From the NCBI RefSeq assembly GCF_964213995.1, contig NW_027590179.1:310001-374000 (forward strand): a stretch of DNA of 64,000 nucleotides, in the 5' to 3' direction. The translations under genes were made by a program, and so were the position numbers. Below, piece by piece: positions 48,838 to 63,469 of the stretch; position 1 is the first letter of the stretch; every line of letters starts with the position of its first letter. The notes beneath the pieces were generated by a model. That model was not told the origin of the DNA, searched no databases, and saw nothing but the letters and a program-made list of their open reading frames with translations. Origin of the DNA: Mustelus asterias. Taxonomy: Eukaryota.

Positions 48838-49162
48838 AATCATAGAATCATTACAGTGCAGAAGGAGGCCATTTGGCCCATCGAGTCTGCACCGACCACA
48901 ATCCCATCCAGGCCCTATCCCCATACACCCACTTATTTAACCTGCTCGTCCCCCTGACACTATGGGGCAATTTACTCTGGCCAATCAACCAAACACACAC
49001 ATCTTTGGACTGAGGGAGGAAACCGGAGCACTCAGAGGAAACTGACGCAGACATGGGGAGAATGTGCAAACTCCACACAGACAGTCACCCGAGGCCGGAA
49101 TTGAACCCGGGTTCTTGGCACTGTGAGGCAGCAGTGCTAACCACTGTGCCACCGTGCCGCCC
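48838..49162 (-). mobile_element. HE1-type SINE
   Basis: Full head and tail. Confidence 0.9.
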
Positions 49163-49472
49163 TTCATTCTTCAGTGCAGCTGCACCATGTACTCTCAAAT
49201 GTTAATTCATTCACAATTTACAAACCACTTCTGCAATCTCACATCACTGTTCCAATTTCTTATTTAATCCTCTGTTGGAGTCTCACCTTCATAAGCCATC
49301 TTCACATATTTTCCCACCTGTTAAATCTTGTCTCTCATTTTATTTTAAACGAGAGAGTGTTCTTTTGTCCTGCTTGTTGGCATCTCTCTGCCCTCTCCCA
49401 CAAATCGTTGTATTGCATTTGTGGAACATTTATCAGGTCTTTTTGGAATGTGCTGTGTATTTTACCAATCAG

Positions 49473-50343
49473 TTTCAGAGGATACAGCAGGATATAGATC
49501 GGTTGGAGACTTGGGTGGAGAGGTGGCAGATGGAGTTTAATCCGGACAAATGTGGGGTAATGCCTTTTGGAAGGTCTAATACAGATAGGAAATATACAGT
49601 AAATGGCAGAACCCTTCAGAGTATTGATAGGCAGAGGGATCTGGGTGTACACGTTCACAGGTCACTGAAAGTGGCAATGCAGGTGGAGAAGGTAGTCAAG
49701 AAGGCATACGGCATGCTTGCCTTCATCGGCTGGGGCATTGAGTTTAAAAATTGGCAAGTCATATTGCAGTCTTATAGAACCTTAGTTAGGCCACACTTGG
49801 AATATAGTGTTCAATTCTGGTCGCCACACTACCAGAAGGATGTGGAGGCTTTGGAGAGGGTAAATAAAAGATTTACCAGGATGTTGCCTGGTATGGAGGG
49901 CATCAGATATGAGGAGAGGTTGGAGAAACTTGGTTTGTTCTCAGTGGAACGACGGAGGTTGAGGGGCGACCTGATAGAAGTCTACAAGATTATGAGGGGC
50001 ATGGACAGAGTGGATCGTCAGAAGCTTTTTCCCAGGGTGGAAGAGTCAATTACTAGGGGGCACAGGTTTAAGGTGCGAGGGGCAAGGTTTAAAGGAGATG
50101 TATGAGGCAGATTTTTTACAGAGGATGGTGGGTGCCTGGAACTCGTTGCCGGGGGAGGTAGTGGAAGCAGATACGATAGTGACTTTTAAGGGGCGTCTTG
50201 ACAAATACATGCACAGGATGGGAATAGAGGGATATGGTTCCGGGAAGGGTACAGGGTTTTAGTTAAGTCGGGTAGCATGGTCGGTGCAGTCTTGGAGGGG
50301 CCGAAGGGCCTGTTCCTGTGCTGTACTTTTCTTTGTTCTTTGT
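49473..50343 (+). mobile_element. 5'-truncated CR1/HER1 LINE
   Basis: QRIQQDID..LVRPHLEY..RGDLIEVYKIM; CTTTGTT tail. Confidence 0.92.
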
Positions 50344-52316
50344 TCAGTTTCGTCATCCTGGATTTCACTGTCTTACAAAGGATGCACCGTTCAATAAATC
50401 TATCAGAATCTTCAGAAGAAAGTCTAAAGTCAGCGTTGAAGGGCTTCTTCATCTCAGTGTCTTATTTCCTCCTGTACAATCATAATGCCTCAGATGGTGA
50501 CTAGATTATCAAATTCAGTTCTCTCAAATAGTTCATGGACAAAGAAACAAATATCTCTAAGAGAAAACTGTCACCTCATTCATCTCATCTGGAATTTCCT
50601 TTCACTCAAATGTTCATAAACACCCAAATGTATGGATTCCTTTAAACTACACTTTCAGGAGTTCTGGAGAATGTTTAGAGTCAAATAAATCATGAAATAT
50701 TCTCATAATGTCTTTAAACTGAAACCAAACATTTCTGTTTGATTCCAGGCATTATAAATTTTGTTCTTTCCCTTAAACATCAGGTAAATTTCAGTTCAAA
50801 TGCTTGAAATAGCAACTCATGTCAGATATTTATCAACTGCAATAATCAAAAGCAGGCTTGGTGGTTTCCTGTAAAGTCTTTTATTCTCTGCTTTCATTCT
50901 CAAAACTGCTGACTTCACTCAGAGCTGGAAACCATCATCACCTGTTTAAAAAAACACAAACAATCCATCTGGCTCTGGCAGGATCCCAGTGAGTTAATGT
51001 GTCCAATCATAGGTTACATTAAAAAACAAAGGCTGTGTGGAGATTTATAAAAATCAACTGTCTACGTTTCTGTCGAACCTGGAGAGGTGGGGAGAGGAAA
51101 CTTGGCAATTGTGTCAATTTACATAATTTTAAAAATCTTCTCTCGGGTTATTTTCTTCTATTTTGCTCAAATTTCATCTCTTTTCTCTATCGTTTTTTGA
51201 ACACCAATTTCAATTTTCAATATTTGCTACTTAAAGTTGAAAGAAATACTTTGTGAAATATGTTGTTAACCGAATCTCAACAATTTTAACTCAGATGTTT
51301 TGGAAAGTTGGAACTGGTTTGCTGCCAAACTGCAGCCTGATCTTTGTGTTTTGGGAGCAAATTGGCCTTCACAATTCTAACCTTGAACAACTTAATTTCA
51401 AACCCAAATACATTCCTTTCACATTGTGGTACAGTCTGAATTTATTTCAAACAGAAACACACGGCAGTTCAAATTAAATCAATTTTTATTTCCTTTCCAA
51501 ACTAATTCTTCGAATCGATGATGCTTTCAAACAACGCCCTGCTTCAACAATTATGACTCAAATGTACAGTATTCCTTCAACTGGGCAAACAAACTTGGAG
51601 TAAGTGGTGCAAAAGTCATGGCTACCCTCACACACCGGCATTCCCTTATCACACAGGAGAGGCAGAGGAGAGGGAGGAGTGCTTTCAGTGGTCCTGGTTT
51701 TGGAGAAAACAACAACATCTGCTCGTTGGTGACTGATTTGTGTCTCAGGTTGTTTGATTTTAGCTGAACACGGAGAGGTCTGCTTCAGGGAGGTGTCTCT
51801 TTGTGGCTGAATTAACTTCCTCAAAGTCCCCACGGCATCTTCGAACTCTTCACTTGATCTGATATTTTCTGACTGTAAATCAATATCTTGTTCCAGAGTT
51901 TGGCCGAACAGCAGTAGATTGTTCTGAGCTCCACTCACCCTATCATCTGCCCCCTGTTCCCAATGTAACTAATTGCTGGCAGGAGAGCACGTCTGTCCTG
52001 GACAATCAGTTCCATTCTGCAGCTTATCTACCTGAACTCTGTATTTTTTCTCAACTATCAGGCACACAGATATGCACTGCAGTTCAACTTATTCTGGACT
52101 TTTCCAACTCTCTGTTTCCTTTCTGAACCATTAGAAAACCTTTCAAGGATCTGCTCGTAATCTCCGTCACATTCTTCGACAGCTCCCAGGACATCATTTG
52201 GTCCTGGGATTCCTGTCTCCACTGTCAAACTCTCTGTCAGTCTCATTCTGGCATATTCCAAAGCCATTGTTATCTTTGTTTTTGTGAGGCAGCAGTGCTG
52301 CTAACGTGGCATCAGG

Positions 52317-52733
52317 TAGCACGTTGGCACAGTGGTTATCACTGCTGCCTCACAGCGCTAGGGACCTGGATTTAATTCCAGCCTTGGGTGAGTGTCTGTG
52401 TGGAGTTTTCACATTCTCCCCGTGTCTGTGTGAGCTTCCTCCGGGTGCTCCAGTTTCCACCCACAAACCAAAGATGTGCAGGTTAGGTGGATTTGCAATG
52501 CTAAATTCCCTCTTAATGTCCCAAGATGTATAGGATAGATAGGTTAGCCATGGTAAATGTGTGAGATTACAGGATTTGCTACCAAATAAACCTGTTGGAC
52601 TTTAACCTGGTGTTGTTAAAACTGACTGAGATTACAGGATAGGCAGGGGAGAGGGCCTGGGTAAGATGCACTGTTGAGAGTCGGTGCAGACTGGATGGTC
52701 CGATGGCCCCTTCTGCACTGGAGGGATTCTATG
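52317..52733 (+). mobile_element. HE1-type SINE carrying a 51-bp Penelope fragment
   Basis: Insert 52576-52626 flanked by exact TSD TGAGATTACAGGAT. Confidence 0.88.
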
Positions 52734-55521
52734 AACACAGAAGTGGTCAGAATCACTTCACATATCCCAAATTTTAAATAGCCATCACAATTAAAACTCT
52801 CTCATGTTCACATGTGTGAGTTTGAATCCAGATTAAAACTCTTACAGGTTTAGCAAAGTCTCCTGGAATCATATCTCCAGTCAGTAAATCTGGCTCCAGG
52901 TTCACAACTTTTGTGAAAAAAAAGCTTTAGTAATTACACGTCCTTTATTTAAATCTGTTTGATTTAAATCACAGATGGAAAACCTCAAAACTTGAAGCAT
53001 TCAACCCACAAATATCATCCACACACAAACAGAGAAACTTAGCATGTGCTTTACAACAACAATAACCAGAATGAATTCCTTAAGTGTTCTTGTGGTTCTG
53101 TTTTTAAACTTCCAGAAATGCCTTTAATTAAAGACTCAAGATAAGGTTAGTTCCCTTGAAAGATAAACCTTAACAAATGGAGCCCAAAACAATGATAAAA
53201 CACATCTACAAAATCCACATAAAACAAACAAAACACACAAGTTCTCAATTTCATTTCAAACAATGAATCCTCAGCATTCTCTCTCGCAGCTATAGCTTCT
53301 TAAAGCAACAGAGCACTACAAGCTCACAACTCCTTGATTAAAATAAGATACAAGATCCTTCATTATAACTTAACCTTTTTAAGCCAATTTCCAAGGCCTG
53401 ATTTTATAAGCAACATCGAGTCTTTTCAAACACATTCCAAACACATTACCACCTGCAAAATCTTTGTTCTTTATCTGGGGTTGAGGTGACAACACAAAAT
53501 TCTCACAATTATTCCAAATTCCTCCAGGCTTAAAATTTCCTCATTTAACTGGTTCCCATAAATCCTCAAATATAAAATAAAATAGACACACCCAGGTGAT
53601 TTAAAAACAAATTAACTCTGCTGAAAGGGTTAACTTCTCTACAGTCTAAAGTGGTGGGGAGTGAGCAGAAAAAACTTGGCACACAATTACGTCATTCACA
53701 TAATTTTAAAAAACTTACGCAACAACGAAACAAACTTCATTTTAAACTTCATCTCTTGTTTTTTTTTATATTCCTCAACCTTATTATTTTAATTTGATCA
53801 GTTCTTGTTTGGGATGGGAATTTCTGTTCTTTATAAACTGGTTCACTCGTTTTGTCAATTCTACCTGGGCTCGGAGAATCAGAACCCAGACTTTATCATC
53901 CTTATCTTTTTTCTCCTTTTGCCACCACTCCCTCTGTTTTGCAGGAGGGTCGTGGGGATTCCAATCAGACCAAATCATTTTATCATAAAAGTAAAATACT
54001 GCGGATGCTGGAATCTGAAAGAAAAACAGAAAATGCTGCAAGATCTCAGCAGGTCTGACAGTATCTGTGGAGAGAGAATAGAGCCAACGTTTCGAGTCTG
54101 GATGACCCTTTATAAGAGCTCTTGTGAAGTGTCATTCAGAATCAAAACGTTGGCTCTATTCTCTAATCATTTTATCGCTAAGCTTCTTGTTCTTAGTTTC
54201 CAAATGGCAGGTAAGAAACCTTCTGGTATCCACTCGAGCTCTGATTTTTCACTGGCCATGCTTGGGTAAGATTATAACCATTAGAATCTACTCTCAGAGG
54301 TCTGCTTTTCAGTCCAGTGCTACTTGGATTATACCGTCACGTCGTTGACTCACGGGTCACAAGTCCCTCACAGTTCTCATCACAAATTGGTGATAAGTTA
54401 AGCAATGCCTCAGAATGCTTCTTAACTTCTTAACCAACTACCGAACACCATTTGTTGATTGGTCAGACCCCCTTTTTGCAGATTCGGGTATCTTAGCCGC
54501 TGAACACCAGCCGATCGTGGAATAAGTTTAATTCTAACTTATTCTGAGTAAATATTCTCACCAGGTCCTCTGTTGGGGCCCTGCTAAGCAGCTTTAATGG
54601 TCCGTGATTGCAGAAACTGAGCAGTCACAGGAATGTGGTCAAGATAGTCCAGTCCCATAATGCCTCACATTCAATCTGCAGTCCTTCAATTATAACAGAA
54701 TATGTGGCTGTATGTAGCTGCCTCGGCCATGGTCAACCCCAACACTGCCTTCCTGATTCTGTACTCCCATAGTGCCATTAGGGAGGGAGAATGTAGGTGG
54801 ACACCAGATTGATATATTCCATTCAACCACACCCAAGGTGAGTTATTCCAATTCCTTTATTGTCCAGGACAATATATTCACAATACATTCTTTAAAACAG
54901 AAATTAAACATTCTCATTTGATTTCAGGTATTAACATATTCTGTTACTTTGTTCTTTATTGTCAATGTCAGGCTGGGGTTGTTCCCCTTGGAGCAAAGGA
55001 GGTTGAGGGGAGATTTGATAGAGGTGGACAAGATTCTGACAGATTGAGATAAGGTGGACAAAGAAAAGCTGTTCCCATTAGCTGATGGGACAAGGACGAG
55101 GGGGCGCAGATTTATGGTTTTGGGTCAGAGATACAGGGGGGATGTGAGGAAGAATATTTTGATGCAGTGAATGGTAATGACCTGGAACTCGCTGCCTACG
55201 AGGGTGGAGGAAGTGGAGACAATAAACAATTACAAAGGAAATTGGATGGGCATTTGGGAGGTTTCAAACAAAAATGCTGACTAAATATCTCTGAACTTCC
55301 TCACACCCGGTCACTCTGTGATCCTTGTGAAATCTGAAACCAGGTATTCGCAACAAGACTCAAAGAGCATCAGCCCACTGGAGGCAAAGTCATGAGACCG
55401 GCCAGTCCAGCAGAAAGAAACCCTCTGACCCTCCCCATTGACCAACTGTGAGAATGAACAGAATGCAGTCCTGGATGTAATTGAGAGCAGAAACAGTAAC
55501 AGGAGAATCCAGCCCCTGTAA

Positions 55522-56112
55522 TCACTCGTGAACTTGCTGGTGTGTTCGCAGGGTAGATAAAACTCTGAATCCCTTCCCACACTGAGAGCAGGTGAACGGT
55601 TTCTCCCCAGTGTGAATTCGCTCATGTGTCCGCAGGTGGGATGACTGAGTGAATCCCTTCCCACACTGAGAGCAGGTGAATGGCCTCTTCCCAGTGTGAA
55701 TTCGCTCATGTCTCCGTAGGCTGGATAAGTGAGTGAATCCCTTCCCACACTGAGAACAAGTAAATGGCCTCTCCCCAGTGTGAACTCGCTCGTGTGTCCG
55801 CAGGCTGGATAAGTGAGTGAATCCCTTCCCACACTGAGAGCAGGTGAATGGCCTCTCCCCAGTGTGAACTCGCTGATGTGTCCGCAGGTCAGATGACAGA
55901 GTGAATCTCTTCCCACACTGAGAGCAGGTGAACGGCCTCTCCCCAGTGTGAACTCGCTGGTGTCTCTGCAGGTTGGATAATTGAATGAATCCCTTCTCAC
56001 ACTGAGAGCAGGTGAATGGTCTCTCCCCAGTGTGGTTGCGCCGATGAGCTTCTAGCTGAGATGGGTATCTGTATCTATTCTCACAGTCCGCACATTTCCA
56101 TGGTTTCTCCAT
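55522..56112 (-). CDS. KRAB-less C2H2 zinc-finger protein (copy C), 196 aa, 7 fingers
   Basis: [10 protein letters not shown] start in ACCATGG context, 7 x 28 aa, open frame. Confidence 0.92.
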   Translation of the reverse strand: MEKPWKCADCENRYRYPSQLEAHRRNHTGERPFTCSQCEKGFIQLSNLQRHQRVHTGERPFTCSQCGKRFTLSSDLRTHQRVHTGERPFTCSQCGKGFTHLSSLRTHERVHTGERPFTCSQCGKGFTHLSSLRRHERIHTGKRPFTCSQCGKGFTQSSHLRTHERIHTGEKPFTCSQCGKGFRVLSTLRTHQQVHE

Positions 56113-57668
56113 GGTGCAGGTGTCCTTGCCTCTCTCTTGGGTGGACAATCAGTTCAAGGCTTGTCCACACACAGAACCCAATCCAGTCTCTCCCCGCTGT
56201 GAATGGTTAAACTGGTTAAAGCTCTTTAGTCAGTGCACTGGAACACTCTCACTCGAGTGTGGCAGTGTGTTGGTGCTTTTCCAGTCACACTGATGTTTGA
56301 AATCTTTTTAAATCGACAGACTGGACAATCATTTCTCATTCTCGATTCAAAGGCCGATGATATTCAACTCCCAAGGAATATGACTATGTCAGATCTAGAC
56401 ATGACGTTTGAGATTTCGGTCTGTGATTCCTCTTTCAATATCCTGTAAAATCCGAGTTTACAAAAGTCATCAGTGTCAGTACAGGATGGAAATTCAGAAC
56501 AGACAATTCTAGTTTCTATGGAACATTCTTTCCTATTTCAGTCCCAAAAAGCTGTGAATCTCCATCCCACACACTCTCCCTCCATTCTCACTCTGCTGTA
56601 TCTAATATTCACCCTCCCAATTCTCCTGAAGGTGCTGATTGAGGCTGATTGACAGATCCATGCTCACTGCTTCCTGTCCTGGACACAGAGACCATAACAA
56701 ATAGGAGCTGCAGTCGGCCATTTGGCCCATCGAGCCTTTTAAACTATTCAATGAGATAATTTGTTCATCTACCTCAGCATCATTCTCCCCACATTAAACC
56801 CATATCCCTTGATCTCCTCAATATCTAAAAACCAATCAATCTCTCTCTTGAAAATAGTTGATGACTGAGGCTTCACTGTCCTCAGGGGTTGAGAATTCCA
56901 AATCTTTACCACATCCTTGACTGAAGAAATCCCCCCACATATTCGCTTTTGCTCCATCTTCTTGTCTGTTCCCCATAACCCTCGACACCCTTGTCAGTCA
57001 AAGATCTGTCTAACTGGAATATATTCAATGATCCTCAGCCTCCACTGGTCCCTGTGGAAGAGAAATCCAAAAGACTAACAACCCTCTGAGGGAAGAGATG
57101 TCTGGAAATATATAACGTAGCTACAGTTCCATATTACAAGATATTCAGGTCCCAAGGAATATGACTCTGTCTAGATGTGACGGTTGAGATTTTTGCCTGT
57201 GATTCCTTGTTCAAAATCCTGTGAAATGAGTTTGCAAAAGTCATCACAGTCAGAATAGGATAGAAATTCAGAGCAGACAATTCTAGTTTCTCTGGAACAT
57301 TCGTTCCTATTTCATTCCCAAAAAGTTGTAAATCTCCATCCGTATCTATGGATTCTATTTAAAAATGAAAGTGGATGGGCACTTGAAGGAAATACTTTCA
57401 GGAGAATGGGGATATCGAGTGGGAATGGGACTGGAATGTTATACAGAGAGTCAGCATGGACTCAAGTTACCAAATGGATTCCTTCTGTGCTGTAATGACT
57501 TTGTGACTGGAAATGTATAACATCGCTGCAGCATTATATTACAATGCAAGAAATAATAATAAATGTATTTTATTACAGCAACATAAATAATATATCTAAT
57601 CTGGGTATCATATAATAACACTAGACATATCTCTGTCCTCTATTAATTTACTGTCCCCTTAAATGTCA

Positions 57669-59028
57669 TGATGTGGAGATGCCGGCGTTGGACTGGGGTA
57701 AACACAGTAAGAAGTTTAACAACACCAGGTTAAAGTCCAACAGGTTTATTTGGTAGCAAACGCCACTCTCTTTCGGAGCGCTGCTCCTTTGTCAGGTGAG
57801 TGGGAATTCTGTTCACAAACAGGGCATATAAAGACACAAACTCAATTTACAAAATAATGATTGGAATGCGAGTCTTTACAGGTGATCATGTCTTAAAAGT
57901 TGCAGACAATGTGAGTGGAGAGAGCGTTAAGCGCAGGTTAAAGAGATGTGTATTGTCTCCAGACAGGACATATACCACGACACCATACAACCCTGCCTGG
58001 TCTGCATGGCCTCCCCAATGTACCATGCCTCGGGACATCCTTTCCTGCAGCGTATCAGGTAGACAATTTTGGCCGAGTTGCAAGAGTATGTACCGTGTAC
58101 CTGGTGGATGGTGTTCTCACGTGAGATGATGGCATCTGTGTCGATGATCCGGCATGTCTTGCAGCGGTTGCTGTGGCAGGGTTGTGTGGTGTCGTGGTCA
58201 CTGTTCTCCTTAAGGCTGGGTAGTTTGCTGCGGTCTGTTTGAGGTTGTGCGGTTGTTTGAAGGCAAGAAGTGGGGGTGTAGGGATGGCCTTGGCGAGATG
58301 TTCGTCTTCATCTGTGACATGTTGAAGGCTCCGGAGGAGATGTCGTAGCTTCTCCGCTCCGATGAAGTACTGGACGACGAAGGGTACTCTGTCCACCGTG
58401 TCCATCCTCTGAGGAGGTCGGTGCGGTTTTTCGCTGTGGCGGATCGGAACTGTCGATCGATGAGTTGAGCGCCATATCCTGTTCTTATGAGGGCATCTTT
58501 CAGCATCTGGAGGTGTCTGTTGCGATCCTTCTCATCCGAGCAGATCCTGTGTATACGGAGGGCTTGTCAATAGGGGATGGCTTCTTTAACGTGTTTAGGG
58601 TGGAAGCTGGTGGCCTTCACGACACACGACAGCGCAGAGTTGCTGAGCAGAGACTAATAGCCAAGTTCTGCACACATGAGAATGGCCTCAACCGGGATCT
58701 TGGGTTCATGTCACACTATTTGTAACCCCCATGACTTGCCTGGACTTGCAAAATCTCACTAACTGTCCTGGCTGGAGACAATACACATCTCTTTAACCTG
58801 TGCTTCATGCTCCCTGCACTCACATTGTCTGTACCTTTAAGACTTGATTACCTGTAAAGACTCACATTCCAATCATTATTTTGTAAATTGAGTTTGTGTC
58901 TTTATATGCCCTGTTTGTGAACAGAATTCCCACTCACCTGATGAAGGAGCAGCGCTCCAAAAGCTAGTGGCGTTTGCTACCAAATAAACCCGTTGGACTT
59001 TAACCTGGTGTTGTGAGACTTCTTACTG
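57669..59028. mobile_element. Penelope-like element with inverted terminal repeats
   Basis: Minus-strand GIY-YIG (IVYLIRC..WYIGE) near 58000-58090; plus-strand ENGLNRD C-terminus; 57706-57970 inverted to 58760-59028; TSD CCCTTAAATGTCA; absent from the paralog near 25010. Confidence 0.9.
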
Positions 59029-59429
59029 CCCTTAAATGTCAGCCATCTCCTGCCCTTTAATTGTGAACATTTGGAAAGAGACCATCCTTTTAGACAGAAA
59101 GAAGATTAACGTTTCAGGGTGGGCAGAATGAATTACAGGGAATAAAAATATATCAGATTTTGTTGGTCAATATAAGCTCAGAAGTGGAAGGGAAATGATC
59201 TCCAGTGGAAGAGAAACAATTCCTGAACATTGTAAGACTAAGCTGGTAACTCAGCAGTGAATAGAGTTGTGAAGTGGGAAAAACCTCATCAAGACATAGC
59301 TTGCGGAAATAATAGTTAAAATACACCCATTATTAGAGGCAGGGGAAGGTAGACAATGGCAGAGAGCTGATCAGGGAGGGCAGAGGTGAAACAGAGAAAT
59401 GGATGGCCATTTAAAAATTCATACAAAGC

Positions 59430-60677
59430 ATGGTTAGCAAGTTTGCAGACGATACTAAATTAGGAGGTATCGCTGATAGTGAAGAAGGTTATCAAAAATT
59501 ACAGGGGGATCTTGATCAGTTGATCAGTTAGAGAAGTGGGCTGATGATTGGCAAATGGATTTCAGTACAGATAATACAGAGTACAGGGGCACAACCTCAG
59601 GCTAAAGGGACAATCCTTTAAAACAGAGATAAGGAGGAATTTCTTCAGCCAGAGAGTGGTGAATTTGTGGAACTCTTTGCCACAGAAGGCTGTGGAGGCC
59701 GAGTCACTGACTGTCTTTAAGACAGAGATAGATAGGTTCTTGATTAATAAGGGGATCAGGGATTATGGGAAAAAGGCAGGAAACGGGGGTGAGAAAATTA
59801 TCAGCCATGATTGAATGGCGGAGCAGACTCGATGGGCCGAGTGGCCTAATTCTGCTCCTATGTCTTATGGTCTTGAGTGGGAGTGTTGCATTTTGGAAAG
59901 TCAAACCAGGGTAGGACTTGTACAGTGAATGGTAAGGCCCTGGGGAGTGTTGAGGAACAGAGGAACCCAGGAGTACAAGTACATAGTTCATTGAAAGTGG
60001 CGTCACAGGTAGACAGAATGGTGAAGAAGGCATTTAGCACACTGGCCTTCATCAGTCAGGGCACTGAGTATAGGAGTTGGGACATTATGTTATAGTTGTA
60101 TGAGTCATTGGTGAGGCTGCACTTGGAGTATTGTGGACAGTTTTTGTAACCCTGTGATAGGAAAGACATTGATAAACTGGAAAGAGTGCAAAGAAGATTT
60201 ATGAGGATGCTGCCGGGACTAATGGGCCTGAGTGATCGCGAGAGGTTGGACAGGCGAGGGCTTTATTCCTTCGAACGTAGGAGAATATGGGGGTGACCAT
60301 ATTGAGGTGTATTAAATAATGAGGGGCATAGATAGGATGAACCCACATTGTCTTTTTCCCAGGTGAGGGGAATTGAAAACTCGAGGGCATGGGTTTAAGG
60401 TGAGAGGGGAAAGATTAAAAGGGACCTGAGGGGCAACTTCTTCATGCAGAGGGTGGTGTGTACATGGACTGAGCTGCCAGAGAAAGTGGTTGAGCCAGGT
60501 TCAAACAGGAGGTTTAAACATTTAAAACTCATTTGGATAAGTACATGAATTGGAAAGGATTAGAGGGATATGAGCCAAACATGGGCAATTGGGACTAGCT
60601 GGGAGGGCACCATGGTTGGCATGGATCAGTTGGGCCCAAGGGCCTGTTCCCGTGCTGTATTGCTCTATGACTCTATG
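59430..60677 (+). mobile_element. Decayed CR1 with a nested CR1 3' fragment (about 59580-59873)
   Basis: SKFADDTK motif and two separate CR1 3' UTRs. Confidence 0.85.
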
Positions 60678-61500
60678 TGTTGGCTGCGTCAGCATCTACT
60701 GCCCATAACTCATTGCCCTTGAACTGAGTGGCTTGCATTGCTGGGGGATGTGGTAATTTCCTTCTTTAAAAGACATTATTAAATCAGATGGATTTTTACA
60801 ACAATTGTCATCAACGGACTTCTAATTCTCGATTTTTACTGAATTCAAATTTCTTCATTTGCCATTGTGAGATTCGAACCCAGGGTTCACAGTGCATTGC
60901 CCTGGATCCCTGTATTACTAATCCAATAACACTATCACTGCACCATTGCCTCCCCATCCATGGTAAAGGAGTCATAATAGCCCGAGATCCATGGAATCAG
61001 AGCATGCTCTGAATTTAGATTAATGCTCACTAACACTCACCCCAAAACAATTTCACTGTTTTCACATTTTAAATCTGCTGCAGCTGAAAAGATCTCAGAG
61101 AGATTGGTGTCCAGGAAAAATGTTGCAATCTTCAAATCTTCTCCCTGTAAATGAGGAAAGTTATCGGTGTAATTCAAGGTTAGAAATTCAAGACAGACAA
61201 ACATTTCTTTTGGTCTGAGTTTGCTGTGTGTAAATCTTTCCCTTCTAACCCCCTGTAAAAGGAGTTTCCAAATCCATCAGCATCTGTCCAGAACAGAAAT
61301 TCAAAACATTCTCTCCTCCTCTTGCCCGGCACAGAATTACTTCAGCTGGGACAAAATTGCAGTGGAGGCAGTTCAGAGAAGGTCCAGTTGGTTGATTCCT
61401 GAAATGAGGAATTTTACCTTTCAGGTTGAGCAGTTTGGGCCTGTACTCTTTGGAGTTTAGAAGACTGAGAAGTAATCTTAATGAAACATCTGGGAATTTA

Positions 61501-61790
61501 AGGGCGGCACGGTGGCTAGCACTACTGCCTCACAGCGCCAGGGTCCCCGGTTCAATTCCGGCCTTGCGTCACTGTCTGGATGGAGTTTGCACATTCTCCC
61601 CATGTCTGCGTGGGTTTCCTCCAGGTGTTCCGGTTTCCTCCCACAGTCCAAAGACTGGATTGGCTGTGCTAAATTGACCCTAGTGTCAAATGCATGGGGT
61701 TGCGGGGATGGGGCCTGTGTGGGATTGTGGTTTGTACAGACTCGATGGGCCGAATGGCCTCCTTCTGCACTGTAGGGATTCTATGATTCA
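61501..61790 (+). mobile_element. HE1-type SINE
   Basis: Full head and tail. Confidence 0.88.
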
Positions 61791-62119
61791 TATGATATAA
61801 GGTGCTTGACAAGGTAGATGCTGAGAGGATGTTTCCTCTGGTGTGGAAATCAAGTAAAAATAAAGGATCTCAAATTTAAGATGAAGAGAGATCTTTTCTC
61901 TCAGCGGGTTGTTGATCTTTGGAACTCTGTCTTCACCAGTGAGTATTGGAGGCAGGTCATTGAATATATTCAAAGCTGAGGTTTTGATCCACAAGAAAGT
62001 CAAGGGCATGGACGGGGTGGAGGAGCAAAGTAGACATGATCTTATTGAATGATGCAGCAGGCTCGATGGGCCGAATGACTGGCTCCTGTTCCGAATTCTT
62101 ATTCCGATGTACTTGGATA

Positions 62120-62550
62120 GCTGCGCATGCGCCCTGCTCCCTATTGTCCCTCTGAAGACAGAGGTTCTGAACCAGCCCCTGAAACCACGCCCATTGTGAC
62201 CCGTCACCGACAGCAGCGCATGCGCTCCGTCTCCGCTAAAACAAAATGGTGGCCGTTCACCGGGGCCTGTTCCCGGGATAAAAGCCTGGGAGCTGTAAAC
62301 CACGGGCCTGCAGTGTCTTATTCGGGTCGTGCGGCCTACAGCGGATGTTTGTGAAGCCATAGCTCCCCCCCTACCCCGACTCCATTTCTCCCGCAGCCCC
62401 ACCGACTCACCCACTGAAAAGAGCGTCTCCCGCACTCACAGGGCTCCGAGCAAAGTGACACTGCGCACGCTCCAGATATAGCACTGCGCCTGCGCAATGG
62501 GCTCCTGTGGAATGAATAGGACACTTTCATACCCGCAGGGGCACCTGGGA
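62120..62550 (-). promoter_or_regulatory. CpG-rich promoter/first exon, candidate for ZNF C
   Basis: Paralog of 40991-41400 (similarity extends to 63050/41910); NRF1 motifs; GTGAGT donor near 62410. Confidence 0.65.
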
Positions 62551-63469
62551 ATTAACGGCGTCATTGTCAAAGACAATAATAGAAAATTATCTTGTGCAAT
62601 TAAGATCAAATAATTTTTAAAAATGCATTCCTCGGAAGTTGTGCGCTGCCATTCTCTATTTCTAAAATTGATTTAAACCAGTGTTCTCCTGTGGGAATAC
62701 CCCGAGTTTTAAAAACCTTTTCCCACTGGTTTCCTCCTCTCTCTTTGCTCTCCTGAAGGTGCTCACACTGGTTGGGTAAATCCCACAGAGACTGGTTTCT
62801 TTCACTTTCTTTCTCCTGATGCTGAATATTCTGTTTTATGGAATGATACATCACAGATGGAAACCATTTGGCTCATCCTGCCCAGTCGGGCTGTCTTAAG
62901 ATCCATCCAATTAATCCCACAGCCCTGCTGGCAGAGCGAGAACAGTGGATATATACTGCAGCAATATAGGAGATGAATAGAAAATGTTTTCCAATTGCAT
63001 ACCTCTCAGACACACTCACCCCTGGAAAGATAAATTGGCCTGTGTACTAAGCAGATATTAAGGTTCCACTTAAAATTAAAACAGAAGGTGCTGGAAAAAT
63101 GCAGCAGTCACCGGGGCCGAGTTTATGGTCAAAATGATGGTGCTGAGTTGCCGTTACAAATAACCAGCAATTCAACAAGCCACTCAAAATATTGAATCAA
63201 ACAAAATTGATCAAACATTGAGCCGAAGTATTCTGTTTTCCAACATGATGCTATGATTTTTGTGATGGTTTTAATGTTCTCACAATTACCTGGTGTAGTG
63301 CGGGTTTATTTTATACTCATTCCAACCCATCGCTGTCCATGAAGCACATTACCCCCACTCTGATTCTCCATCCCATCAGAGACAACTCAGTCACTGACTG
63401 GAAATTAGGGCTTTTAATGAGAGCTCTGACAACTGAGAATGCACCGTAGGCAGAATCAACCCGAGCGAA

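Noticed and set aside
51558-52267. MALEYARM and MSGAQNN ORFs as a gag or host gene
   Set aside because: Fragmentary with no diagnostic motif; unclassified.
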